Shown: piece by piece, positions 25,665 to 33,957 of the stretch
Layout: each line of letters begins with the position of its first letter
Numbering within the stretch: position 1 is the first letter of the stretch
Virus record (IMG/VR): IMGVR_UViG_3300037424_000181
Location: 1 to 44,768 of that record
Origin: a virus
Taxonomy: Duplodnaviria > Caudoviricetes
Reading direction: 5' to 3' (one strand)
DNA: 44,768 bases
Notes under the pieces: model-generated
Seen by the model: only the letters and a program-made list of their open reading frames with translations
The model's database searches: none
Told to the model about the DNA's origin: nothing
Made by a program: the position numbers and the translations under genes

Positions 25665-26889
25665 TATGGACATCCTTGGCGTCGAACTGGCCCGCCTGGT
25701 GCGCGACCATGCCGCGCAAATCAACGCGCCCTTGCTGGAACAGATCAAAGCCCTGCAAGACAGCATCGCTGCGCTGCCAGCCCCTAAAGACGGGAAAGAT
25801 GCCGATGCCGCAGTGATTGCTGCCGACGTGCTGGCACAGGTCACCAAGGCGTTTGATCAGATTCCGACGCCAAAAGACGGTGCCCCTGGTGCATCCGGCC
25901 AAAAGGGCGACACTGGAGCTGACGGAAAAGACGGCCGCGATGGCGTCATTGGCAAGGACGGAGCACCCGGAGAAAAAGGCGCTGCTGGCGCCGATGGTGC
26001 GCCTGGACGCGACGGCGCTGACGGTAAAGACGGTGCGCCCGGCCAGAAGGGCGATGCCGGCGAACGCGGCGCCGATGGTAAAGACGGCGTCACTGGTGAA
26101 AAAGGAATGCCAGGTGAAAACGGCAAGGATGGCGCTGCCGGTCTGGACGGCAAGCAAGGTGAACCCGGACAAAAAGGCGACGCTGGCGAGTACGGGAAAG
26201 ACGGCGCGCCCGGTGAGAGAGGTGTCGCAGGCGAGAAGGGTGCCGACGGGCTCAATGGCCGCGACGGCGCCGATGGAATCAACGGAAAAGATGGCAGCAA
26301 TGGATTTGACGGCAAGGATGGAGCGCCCGGCCTAAATGGCAAAGATGGCGTCGACGGACTGCACGGCAAAGACGCCGACCCAGAAGTGATCGCCGCCCTG
26401 GTGTCAAAAGCCGTTGACGCCATGCTGCCCGGCCTGCTGGCAAAAGCCATCGAAGCCGCGAGCGTCGACCTGGTGACAAAGACAGTCGCCATGATCCCAA
26501 GGCCTACCGACGGCCGCGACGGCCGGGACGGTGCCCAAGGCGCTGCAGGCCGCGACGGCGTGAACGGTATTGATGCTGTCGGCCAGAAGGGTGCCGATGG
26601 TCGCGACGGCTGGAGCCCGGACGACCTGGATGTGACCCTGAAAGACGATGGCCGCACCCTCGTGCTATCCCTGCTCAGAGGTGAGTGCGGGATCACGCGC
26701 GAGATCAAGTTGGCGATCCCGGTCTACAAGGAAATTTACCGCGTCGGCCTGTACGAAAAGGGTGATTCAGTCACCTACGCCGGATCACTGTGGATCGCGC
26801 TGAAAGACACCGAGCTATCACCGGGCGGCTCAAACACCGACTGGCGGCTGGCCGTGAAGGCGGGCAAGCCCGGCAAGGACGCAGCATGA
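25657..26889 (+). CDS. Collagen-like virion protein with a C-terminal small beta domain (CBM5/12-like)
   Basis: 55 uninterrupted Gly-X-Y triplets; YEKGDSVTYAGSLWIA...DWRLAVK C-terminus. Confidence 0.85.
   Translation: MFDMDILGVELARLVRDHAAQINAPLLEQIKALQDSIAALPAPKDGKDADAAVIAADVLAQVTKAFDQIPTPKDGAPGASGQKGDTGADGKDGRDGVIGKDGAPGEKGAAGADGAPGRDGADGKDGAPGQKGDAGERGADGKDGVTGEKGMPGENGKDGAAGLDGKQGEPGQKGDAGEYGKDGAPGERGVAGEKGADGLNGRDGADGINGKDGSNGFDGKDGAPGLNGKDGVDGLHGKDADPEVIAALVSKAVDAMLPGLLAKAIEAASVDLVTKTVAMIPRPTDGRDGRDGAQGAAGRDGVNGIDAVGQKGADGRDGWSPDDLDVTLKDDGRTLVLSLLRGECGITREIKLAIPVYKEIYRVGLYEKGDSVTYAGSLWIALKDTELSPGGSNTDWRLAVKAGKPGKDAA
25879..26373 (+). repeat. Gly-X-Y coding repeat (55 triplets, GKD/GAD/GAP rich)
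   Basis: Counted from the translation. Confidence 0.9.
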
Positions 26890-27491
26890 CCCCCAAGATC
26901 ATCATCCAGCCTTACGCCGAGCTGCTGACGATAGAGCAGTGCCGTTTGCATCTGAATGTCCAGCCTTACGAGGTGGACAGCGACGGAATCGGAACCCATC
27001 CCGATGACGATCTGATCATGGCGATGCAGGGCGCAGCGCGCGAGCATTGCGAAAACTTCCTTGGCCGCTCAATCGCCCAAAAGACCTATGAAATCGCGTT
27101 GGACGAATTCCCGGCCGGCGCAATTGAACTTCCAATGCCGCCGCTGGTGTCGGTCAGCAGTGTGACGGCCGGCGAAGACAGTGACGGCCCACTGGACGCC
27201 GCCCTGTACGTGGTGGACGATTACGGTGTGCCGGCACGCGTGGTGCCGGTGGATACCTGGCCAACGGTCATCGCCGCAACGAACCTGGTTCGAATTCGCT
27301 ACGTGGCCGGCTACGGTGAAGAGTCCGATGGTGTCGAGCCTCTGCCGTACGCGATCCGCGCCGCCATGCTGCTGATGCTGGCCCACCTGTACGAGAACCG
27401 CAGTGACACCGATGAAAAAGCCATCGCGAGCATTCCGAATGGCGTGGAAGCGCTGTTGCGCCCGTTGCGGGTGCGCCTGGGGATGGCGTGA
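26886..27491 (+). CDS. Head-tail connector (gp6-like adaptor)
   Basis: AAREHCENFLGRSI...LPMPPLVSV...IRAAMLLMLAHLYENR. Confidence 0.9.
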   Translation: MTPKIIIQPYAELLTIEQCRLHLNVQPYEVDSDGIGTHPDDDLIMAMQGAAREHCENFLGRSIAQKTYEIALDEFPAGAIELPMPPLVSVSSVTAGEDSDGPLDAALYVVDDYGVPARVVPVDTWPTVIAATNLVRIRYVAGYGEESDGVEPLPYAIRAAMLLMLAHLYENRSDTDEKAIASIPNGVEALLRPLRVRLGMA

Positions 27492-27823
27492 GGCCCGGCC
27501 GCCTGCGCCACCTGGTGACTTTTCAGTCACGGGTCGATACACAAGATGCGAGCGGTGGAATGGTGCCGTCCTGGGTGGCGGCCTTTCCTATGCCGATTTC
27601 GGCTGAAATTACGGCGCTGTCGGGCCGTGAATTGATCGCGGCGCAAGCCGAGCAATCGGCGGTGACGACACGAATCAAGGTGCGTTACCGGCCCGGCTTT
27701 GTCACCAGTATGCGTATTCTGCATCGCAACACTGTCTACAACGTCGAGGCCGCGATACCGGATCCTGACAGCGGTTTTGAGTGGGTCACATTGCTCTGCA
27801 GTTCGGGGCTGAATGAAGGATGA
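27488..27823 (+). CDS. Head closure protein (SPP1 gp16-like)
   Basis: MRPGRLRHLVTFQ...SGRE...TTRIKVRYRP...YNVEA. Confidence 0.9.
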   Translation: MRPGRLRHLVTFQSRVDTQDASGGMVPSWVAAFPMPISAEITALSGRELIAAQAEQSAVTTRIKVRYRPGFVTSMRILHRNTVYNVEAAIPDPDSGFEWVTLLCSSGLNEG

Positions 27824-28395
27824 GCACCGAGAAACCAGATTGGGCCGGCCGCACCGTGGTGTGTATCGCCAGCGGCCCCAGTCTGACCGCCGAGGATTGC
27901 GAAACAGTGCGCGCCAGCGGTCATCCGGTGGTCGTTACCAATACCACGTTTCGGCTCTGCCCATGGGCTGACGTGCTGTTTGCGTTCGACGCGAAGTGGT
28001 GGACGATGTACCACGAAGAGGTGAAGCGAGTTTTTAAGGGTCGCCGGTTATCGTTCTCTCAGGCAGTGCGCCATATGGCAGTCGAGAGCACCTATATGTC
28101 GGGCTGGTTTCACAACTTCGGCAATTCCGGTGCCTGCGCGATTGCAATCGCCATTGCCAGCGGTGCCGACAAGATTGTTTTGCTAGGCTACGACTGTCAG
28201 AAGACCGGCGGCGCAGCCCATTGGCACGGCAACCACCCACAAGGGTTGAGTAACGCGCTTTCATTGGATCGCTGGCCCGGGCAGTTCAAGAATGTGGCAA
28301 TGGAGGCCAAGAACAAAGGCGCTGTCGTGATCAACGCGAGCCGCGAGACGGCGCTAAAGTGTTTCGAGCGCCAGGTATTGGAGGATGCGCTGTGA
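27820..28395 (+). CDS. Maf/DUF115 (MptE-like)/GT29-related putative CMP-sugar transferase
   Basis: VVCIASGPSL...VVVTN...ADVLFAFD; NSGACAIAIAIASGADKIVLLGYDC; HWHGNH. Confidence 0.7.
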   Translation: MSTEKPDWAGRTVVCIASGPSLTAEDCETVRASGHPVVVTNTTFRLCPWADVLFAFDAKWWTMYHEEVKRVFKGRRLSFSQAVRHMAVESTYMSGWFHNFGNSGACAIAIAIASGADKIVLLGYDCQKTGGAAHWHGNHPQGLSNALSLDRWPGQFKNVAMEAKNKGAVVINASRETALKCFERQVLEDAL

Positions 28396-29174
28396 AATCC
28401 ATTCGTTGCGGTCGCGGCCTGGGTGATTCGGTTTACCTGCAGAGTGTTGCCCGCCACCTGATCCGGCGCGATGGCCAGCCGCTGCGAGTTTGCTCCGATT
28501 GGCCAGACGTGTTCTCGCAGCTGGGTGCCATGGCGAAAGTCGTTCCATTCACCCGAGCCAACATCGACATCCTGGCCCATTACGCCACCCGCAAGCGAAT
28601 TGCCAACAGCACGCAGTTTCGCGATTGTTGTGTCAACGCCGGGATCATTGAGCCGGTTGAACTGAAATTGGATTGGCCCGAGCCCACCAGCCCATTGATA
28701 GACGAGATCAAAGCCTTGGGCCGCCCGGTGGTCTGCGTGCAACTACCGCGCGCGCCGATGGGCCGCACCGATGGCTACGGCGCCGAGTTGCTGCCGGATT
28801 GCCGTGTGATTCAAAGGCTGATAGGGAAATTGAAGGAACGGGCCACCATCGTGCAGGTCGGCGCAGGTACGCCGCTGTTCAAGTTTCGCGGCATCGATTT
28901 TGATCTGGCGAACAAGACGACCGTGCGCGAACTGATTGACGTTGCGTCGATTGCCGACGGCTTCCTGGGTTACTGCTCGTTCATCCTGGCGCTGGCTGAG
29001 TCTCTGAATAAGCCGGCCATCATGGTCTGGGCGCGCGCTGGGCTGCAGTCCAAAGAGTCTTATATACGCCAGATTACGCCGCAGAAGATCATCGAAAAGA
29101 CGACAACCAGATTTGTGATCGACGACTGCACAGATGAAGAAATTATGGAGGCGCTGCATGGATTTTTGCGATAA
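28392..29174 (+). CDS. GT9 (heptosyltransferase-like, GT-B fold) glycosyltransferase
   Basis: N-terminal RGLGD; DLANKTTVRELIDVASIADGFLGYCSFILALAESLNKPAIMVW. Confidence 0.75.
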   Translation: MKSIRCGRGLGDSVYLQSVARHLIRRDGQPLRVCSDWPDVFSQLGAMAKVVPFTRANIDILAHYATRKRIANSTQFRDCCVNAGIIEPVELKLDWPEPTSPLIDEIKALGRPVVCVQLPRAPMGRTDGYGAELLPDCRVIQRLIGKLKERATIVQVGAGTPLFKFRGIDFDLANKTTVRELIDVASIADGFLGYCSFILALAESLNKPAIMVWARAGLQSKESYIRQITPQKIIEKTTTRFVIDDCTDEEIMEALHGFLR

Positions 29175-29841
29175 GCAGCGCGTGCGGGACATGCTGGCCG
29201 ACAAGATCGTCGTGATCGTCGGCAGTGGACCGGGCTCGCTGTCGAATCCGGCTGGTTTTGTGGATTCGCACGAAGTCGTCATTCGTGTCAACAACTACAA
29301 GCTGATGGGCGGTACCGGCCGGCGCACCGACGTGTTTTATTCGTTTTTCGGTACATCGATCAAGAAATCAGCCGCCAGCCTGAAACACGACGGCGTGACG
29401 CTGTGCATGGCCAAGTGCCCGAACGCGCAGTTCATGGAGTCAGCCTGGCACCGCGTGAACGGCATGATGAACGGCGTGGATTTCCGGCCCATCTATGAAC
29501 GGCGCAAGCCCTGGTGGTTTTGCGACACCTATACCCCGACGACTCAAGAGTTTGCGAAGAATTTCAAACTGCTGGGTGGCCATGTGCCGACCACCGGATT
29601 CTCCGCGCTGCTGGACGTGCTTTCGTACAACCCGGCGCATGTTTACCTGACCGGATTCGATTTCTTCGCCTCGAAACTGCACAACTTGAACGAGCGCTGG
29701 AAGCCGGCGAACCAGTCAGACCCCATCAGGCATGTACCCGAGGTCGAGGCGCGCTGGCTGGCCGATAACCTGCACAAACTGCCTATCTCGGTAGACCGGC
29801 GCCTACAGGCGACGCTCGATAAATTGGCGAGGCCGGAATGA
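29158..29841 (+). CDS. GT29 sialyltransferase-like glycosyltransferase
   Basis: Sialylmotif L-like VVIVGSGP...VDSHEVVIRVNN...GRRTDV; S-like PTTGFSAL...VYLTGFDFF; VS-like HVPEVE. Confidence 0.8.
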   Translation: MDFCDKQRVRDMLADKIVVIVGSGPGSLSNPAGFVDSHEVVIRVNNYKLMGGTGRRTDVFYSFFGTSIKKSAASLKHDGVTLCMAKCPNAQFMESAWHRVNGMMNGVDFRPIYERRKPWWFCDTYTPTTQEFAKNFKLLGGHVPTTGFSALLDVLSYNPAHVYLTGFDFFASKLHNLNERWKPANQSDPIRHVPEVEARWLADNLHKLPISVDRRLQATLDKLARPE

Positions 29842-30506
29842 TCAAATTCGATGAGTGGTGGCTTCCTGACGGCGAGAAACATCTCCAGCAATGGATGCGC
29901 GACATCGGCCTGCGAGTTGATGGAAGGCTCACTTACCAATACAGCAAATACGAAGCTGCATTGAAATTTTGCCGTGGAACGCGCAATTGCTGCGATGTCG
30001 GCGCCCATGTTGGGCTGTTCTCTTATTGGATGGCGCGCGATTTCGATCACGTAGATGCATTTGAGCCAATAGCCGAGCACCGAGAGTGCTTTGCAAGAAA
30101 TCTGAATGAAGACCACTTCATCAAAAAAGTGTCTCTGCATGAATTTGCGCTGGGTGAAAAGTGGGGAAAGGTTTCTTTCAGGACGCCAGAAGGAAGCAGC
30201 GGAGGAACGCATATTTCCGGGCCTGGAGAGATTGAAATGCGCCCTCTTGATAGTTTTGGATTGGAAAAAATTGACTTCGTGAAGATTGATTGCGAGGGGT
30301 ACGAGCTGCAGGTATGCCAGGGCGCAGAAAAACTACTGCGCGCCTGCCGGCCTTGTGTCATGGTGGAGCAAAAAAGCCATACACCGGGCGGGCGCGAGCA
30401 TATTGCGCCCGGAAAGTCAGCAATTCCAGCGGTTGATTTCCTGACAAGCCTAGGCGCTGAAGTGCGGGCAGTATTGAGCGGCGATTACATCTTGAGTTGG
30501 GAATAG
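29838..30506 (+). CDS. FkbM-family methyltransferase
   Basis: DVGAHVGLFS, AFEP, ALGE, IDFVKIDCEGYELQVCQGA. Confidence 0.9.
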   Translation: MIKFDEWWLPDGEKHLQQWMRDIGLRVDGRLTYQYSKYEAALKFCRGTRNCCDVGAHVGLFSYWMARDFDHVDAFEPIAEHRECFARNLNEDHFIKKVSLHEFALGEKWGKVSFRTPEGSSGGTHISGPGEIEMRPLDSFGLEKIDFVKIDCEGYELQVCQGAEKLLRACRPCVMVEQKSHTPGGREHIAPGKSAIPAVDFLTSLGAEVRAVLSGDYILSWE

Positions 30507-30507
30507 T

Positions 30508-31143
30508 ATGAGCAAAAACAAAGCAATGCACGAGCCGCTGCGCCAGATGCTGACGCGGAGAGGCATTGTTGATCCCGAGTCGATCATGCCGTTCACCCTG
30601 CTGTCGAATGCAAGACTGAAAGCAATCGTGTCAGCGGTGGATATGGCAAGGAGCCTGCCTGGCGATACGGCTGAAATCGGGTGCCATGCAGGCGGTACGT
30701 CTTCCATCATCGGATCGATCAATGGAGGTAAGCGCCACTGGGCGGTCGATACCTTTGCCGGACTGCAGGACGTATGCGAAAAAGACGGGCACATGTACAA
30801 CGGTCAGTTTTCAGCTGAGCGCCTGACGCTTCAGTGGGTCAAGCAGCGACTGGCACCGCTGAAGAATGTGACCGTGATCGAGGGTTTCTTTCCTGAGTGC
30901 GCGGCCGAGATGTCGGGCATCGAGTATTCATTCGTTCATATCGATGTCGATTCCTACGCATCGATGAGGACGTGTATCGATTACTTCATAGCGCGCATGT
31001 GTGACGGCGGCATCATAGCCATGGATGACGTGATCGGATGCGGCACGCCGGGTGGAAAAATGGCGTGGGCCGAGACGGACAAATCGCATCTGGCAGTCAT
31101 TTCTGAAAATGATCCTCAAGTTATCGTTCGGGTATCCAAATGA
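30508..31143 (+). CDS. TylF/MycF/NovP-family sugar O-methyltransferase
   Basis: PGDTAEIGCHAGGTS, DTFAGL, IEGFFPE, FVHIDVDSYAS, GGIIAMDD. Confidence 0.88.
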   Translation: MSKNKAMHEPLRQMLTRRGIVDPESIMPFTLLSNARLKAIVSAVDMARSLPGDTAEIGCHAGGTSSIIGSINGGKRHWAVDTFAGLQDVCEKDGHMYNGQFSAERLTLQWVKQRLAPLKNVTVIEGFFPECAAEMSGIEYSFVHIDVDSYASMRTCIDYFIARMCDGGIIAMDDVIGCGTPGGKMAWAETDKSHLAVISENDPQVIVRVSK

Positions 31144-31619
31144 TCTACCGCTACAAAGAACAGCTCTACCCGGCCTACCTTAAGAATGGAAATGCCTGCC
31201 GATTCATCACCCCGGTTGCGCTGGAGTTCTGCAAGGGCAATGGTGTTGATGTTGGCTCCAGCAAGTGGCCGCTGCCGGGCGCAATACCGGTCGAGCTCAA
31301 AGACGGCGGCGATGCGATGAATCTGCCCGGCTTCACGCCTTTCGATTTTGTCTTTTCAAGCCACTGTCTTGAGCACCTGGTTAATCCCATCGAGGCGCTG
31401 AAGCACTGGAGGTCTCGCATCACTGAAGGCGGTGTTCTATTCCTCTACCTGCCGCACCCGGACATGGCCTACTGGCTGCCGCAGAACTGCTCGAAGCATC
31501 TGCATTCGTGGACGCCCGAGGCGATGGCGCAGATCGTGCGCGACCTTGGATTTAAGCTTGTCATGCACAGCCAGCGCGACATGGCATGGGGGTTTTCAGT
31601 GGTTGGTTTTCTGAGCTGA
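31140..31619 (+). CDS. Class I SAM-dependent methyltransferase
   Basis: GVDVGS, FDFVFSSHCLEHL, GGVLFLYLP. Confidence 0.85.
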   Translation: MIYRYKEQLYPAYLKNGNACRFITPVALEFCKGNGVDVGSSKWPLPGAIPVELKDGGDAMNLPGFTPFDFVFSSHCLEHLVNPIEALKHWRSRITEGGVLFLYLPHPDMAYWLPQNCSKHLHSWTPEAMAQIVRDLGFKLVMHSQRDMAWGFSVVGFLS

Positions 31620-31622
31620 GTC

Positions 31623-32120
31623 ATGGCCGCATTCAACGTCGAAACCAAGCTCCTTTTGGACATTGACGGGGCAATGGCTCGACTCACGGCCGCAGCTGGT
31701 GAAAAAACACTTCGAGCTGCTGGCTTTGCCGGTGCTGAAGTGTTCCGCGATGAAGTCATCATGGCAGCGCCAAAAGATACGGGTTTTTTAAAGAGCCAGA
31801 TCGGTGTTGTCAGGGCCACTGAGAAATCTGATGGCGAAAATGTTCAGACTTATTTAGTCAAGGTCTTGACCTTCGCCACCAAGTACGCGAACACAAAGGC
31901 AAATGTTCGCGCTGGTCGCGTTACGCAGTCGGGCATCAGCCTGAAAAAGTACCAACAGACGGACGCCTTTTACTGGCGCTTCTTCGAGTTCGGATCATCA
32001 AAGATGGCAGCGCGCCCGTTCATCCGGCCATCTTTTGATTCAAAAAAAGATGAGGCGCTGCGGGCCATGAGAACCAAGTTAGCGGAAAAGATAAGTGAAG
32101 CCTTGAGCGGTAAATTATGA
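31623..32120 (+). CDS. HK97 gp10-like neck/tail completion protein
   Basis: APKDTGFLK; AFYWRFFEFGSSKMAARPFIRPSFD. Confidence 0.9.
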   Translation: MAAFNVETKLLLDIDGAMARLTAAAGEKTLRAAGFAGAEVFRDEVIMAAPKDTGFLKSQIGVVRATEKSDGENVQTYLVKVLTFATKYANTKANVRAGRVTQSGISLKKYQQTDAFYWRFFEFGSSKMAARPFIRPSFDSKKDEALRAMRTKLAEKISEALSGKL

Positions 32121-32473
32121 CCACCGAATCCCTCATCTTCGACGCCTTGAAAACTCTAGTGGCGAACCGCGTTTACCCCGATGTCGGCCCGCCCGGCGTC
32201 GTGCGGCCCTACATAACTTATCAGCAAGCAGGCGGCCGGCCGGTAAACTTTCTTGAAGGCACGACCCCGAGCAAAGAGAATTCTCGCATGCAGATCAACG
32301 TCTGGGCGACTACCCGGCCCGCCGCTAAATTGCTGGCCAAACAAGCCGAGGCCGCTCTGTGTGGAACCGCAGCGTTGCAAACCACTGTTTTAGGTAAGCC
32401 GGTCGCCGTCTACGAGGAAGACACAAAATTGTTCGGCACACGCCAGGATTTCAGTTTCTGGACCTCCACCTGA
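32117..32473 (+). CDS. Tail terminator (DUF3168-like)
   Basis: RVYPD...PYITYQ...RMQINVWA...YEEDTKL. Confidence 0.85.
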   Translation: MTTESLIFDALKTLVANRVYPDVGPPGVVRPYITYQQAGGRPVNFLEGTTPSKENSRMQINVWATTRPAAKLLAKQAEAALCGTAALQTTVLGKPVAVYEEDTKLFGTRQDFSFWTST

Positions 32474-32495
32474 TCCCATAACCACCCAACAGATG

Positions 32496-32576
32496 AACCC
32501 GCCTTGTGCGGGTTTTTTTGTGCCCAGTCGCCCGCCAAGGGCATCACAACCAAGCCGCTTTTCAGCGGTTTTTTTT
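32496..32576 (+). terminator. Two tandem terminator-like hairpins (32496-32519, 32552-32576)
   Basis: AACCCGC...GCGGGTTTTTTT and AAGCCGCT...AGCGGTTTTTTTT. Confidence 0.65.
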
Positions 32577-32596
32577 CGTCCCTTGAAAGGATAACC

Positions 32597-33247
32597 ATGT
32601 CAGTCTCTCTCCCCAACGGCGCCTTGGTTGCCATCGCGTCCGGCTATGGAGCCGTTAAATCCATGACCGCTCTCACCAACGCCAACCCAGGCGAGGCCAC
32701 GCTTGAGGTGTCGCACGGCGTCGTCACTGGCGACATCCTCGAAGTCACCTCCGGTTGGTCGCGCCTGACCGATAAGATTGTGCGCGCCGGCACGGTGGCG
32801 ACGAATCAAGTTCCGCTGGAAGGCATTGACACCACGTTGACCAGCATCTATCCGGCGGACGGCGGTGTCGGCACGGTGCGCGAGATCAGCGGCTGGACTC
32901 AGCTGTCCCAAGTGTTGAATTCAAGCTCAAACGGTGGCGATCAGCAGTTCCTGGAATACCAATTCCTCGAAGCCGACGCCAAGAAGCGCATGCCGACGTT
33001 CAAAAACCCGATGGGCATGACCTTCAGCATCGCGGATGACCCGACATTGGCTGGCTACATCCTGGCCGGTGTAGCGAATGACGACCGCCTGCCGCGCGCC
33101 GTGCGCATCACCTTGGCCAGCGGATCGATTCTTTTCTACAACTGCTACATCAGTTTGAACCGCACGCCATCGCTGACGGTCAACGAACTGATGGCGTGTG
33201 AAGTCACGTTGTCGATGCTGGCCGAGCCCGTGCGCTACGCCTCGTAA
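32597..33247 (+). CDS. Major tail tube protein
   Basis: MSVSLPNG start with AAAGGA RBS; GGDQQF...PTFKNP; position before the chaperones. Confidence 0.88.
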   Translation: MSVSLPNGALVAIASGYGAVKSMTALTNANPGEATLEVSHGVVTGDILEVTSGWSRLTDKIVRAGTVATNQVPLEGIDTTLTSIYPADGGVGTVREISGWTQLSQVLNSSSNGGDQQFLEYQFLEADAKKRMPTFKNPMGMTFSIADDPTLAGYILAGVANDDRLPRAVRITLASGSILFYNCYISLNRTPSLTVNELMACEVTLSMLAEPVRYAS

Positions 33248-33331
33248 ACCTCGATCACAAACCCGGCTCGTTCGCCTTCGTAGGGCGGGCGGGCTGGGGG
33301 CGTGTTTACCAAAACCCTACGAAACAAAATC

Positions 33332-33643
33332 ATGGCAAAACTTACTCTCAAAGTTGACCCCACCTTTCCGGCGATTGTCGATATTCCAAAAGCTGGCAGC
33401 GAGCCCGTGCAGATCAGATTTGATTTCAAGCACCGTACCAAAGATGAGTTGAACGAATTCACCAAGACGCGAGCCGATAAGACGGATGTTGAATACATCA
33501 TGGAGATGGCAACCGGTTGGGACTTGAATGACGAATTCAATGCTGAAAATATCAACTCGGTGTGTCAGAACTACATCGCCTCCCCGCTTGCGATTTATAT
33601 GAAATATGTAGATGAGTTGGTGAAGGCCAAAGCAAAAAACTAA
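33332..33643 (+). CDS. Tail assembly chaperone (gpG-like)
   Basis: PTFPAIVDIP...FKHRT...GWDL; ends in slippery A AAA AAC TAA. Confidence 0.88.
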   Translation: MAKLTLKVDPTFPAIVDIPKAGSEPVQIRFDFKHRTKDELNEFTKTRADKTDVEYIMEMATGWDLNDEFNAENINSVCQNYIASPLAIYMKYVDELVKAKAKN

Positions 33644-33957
33644 AAGCCGTCGCTGTTGCCCTGTACACACCCGGCCCAACAGCAACAGAGGCGGCGGCAT
33701 TTGGCTTGACGCTGGAAGAGGCGCAGGGCCCCGGTACTGATATCTGGCCCGACAACGTGCAGGCGGTCAACGTTTTTATCAGCATGGCTACTCAGTGGCG
33801 CATTGGCCCGAACGGTGTTACTGGGTTGGACTACAACGCACTGGCCTTTGTCATGCGTGCCAACGACGTGAAGGAAGCCGACCGCGCTGCAGTGTTCGAC
33901 GACCTGAGAACACTCGAAGACGCCGCCCTGGAAACCATACGAAAGAAGAAAAAATGA
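33634..33957 (+). CDS. -1 frameshift extension of the tail chaperone (gpGT-like, DUF1799)
   Basis: -1 frame from AAAAAAC (33634-33640) is open and in frame with track ORF 33706-33957 (IWPDN...TQWRIG...GLDY). Confidence 0.85.
   Translation, partial: KKLKAVAVALYTPGPTATEAAAFGLTLEEAQGPGTDIWPDNVQAVNVFISMATQWRIGPNGVTGLDYNALAFVMRANDVKEADRAAVFDDLRTLEDAALETIRKKKK

Noticed and set aside
27820-31619. Serotype-conversion moron or DNA hypermodification cluster
   Set aside because: Not preferred, though not excluded: no own promoter/terminator, no membrane GtrA/GtrB-type components, no base-modifying enzymes, and it sits in the late structural operon rather than the replication region
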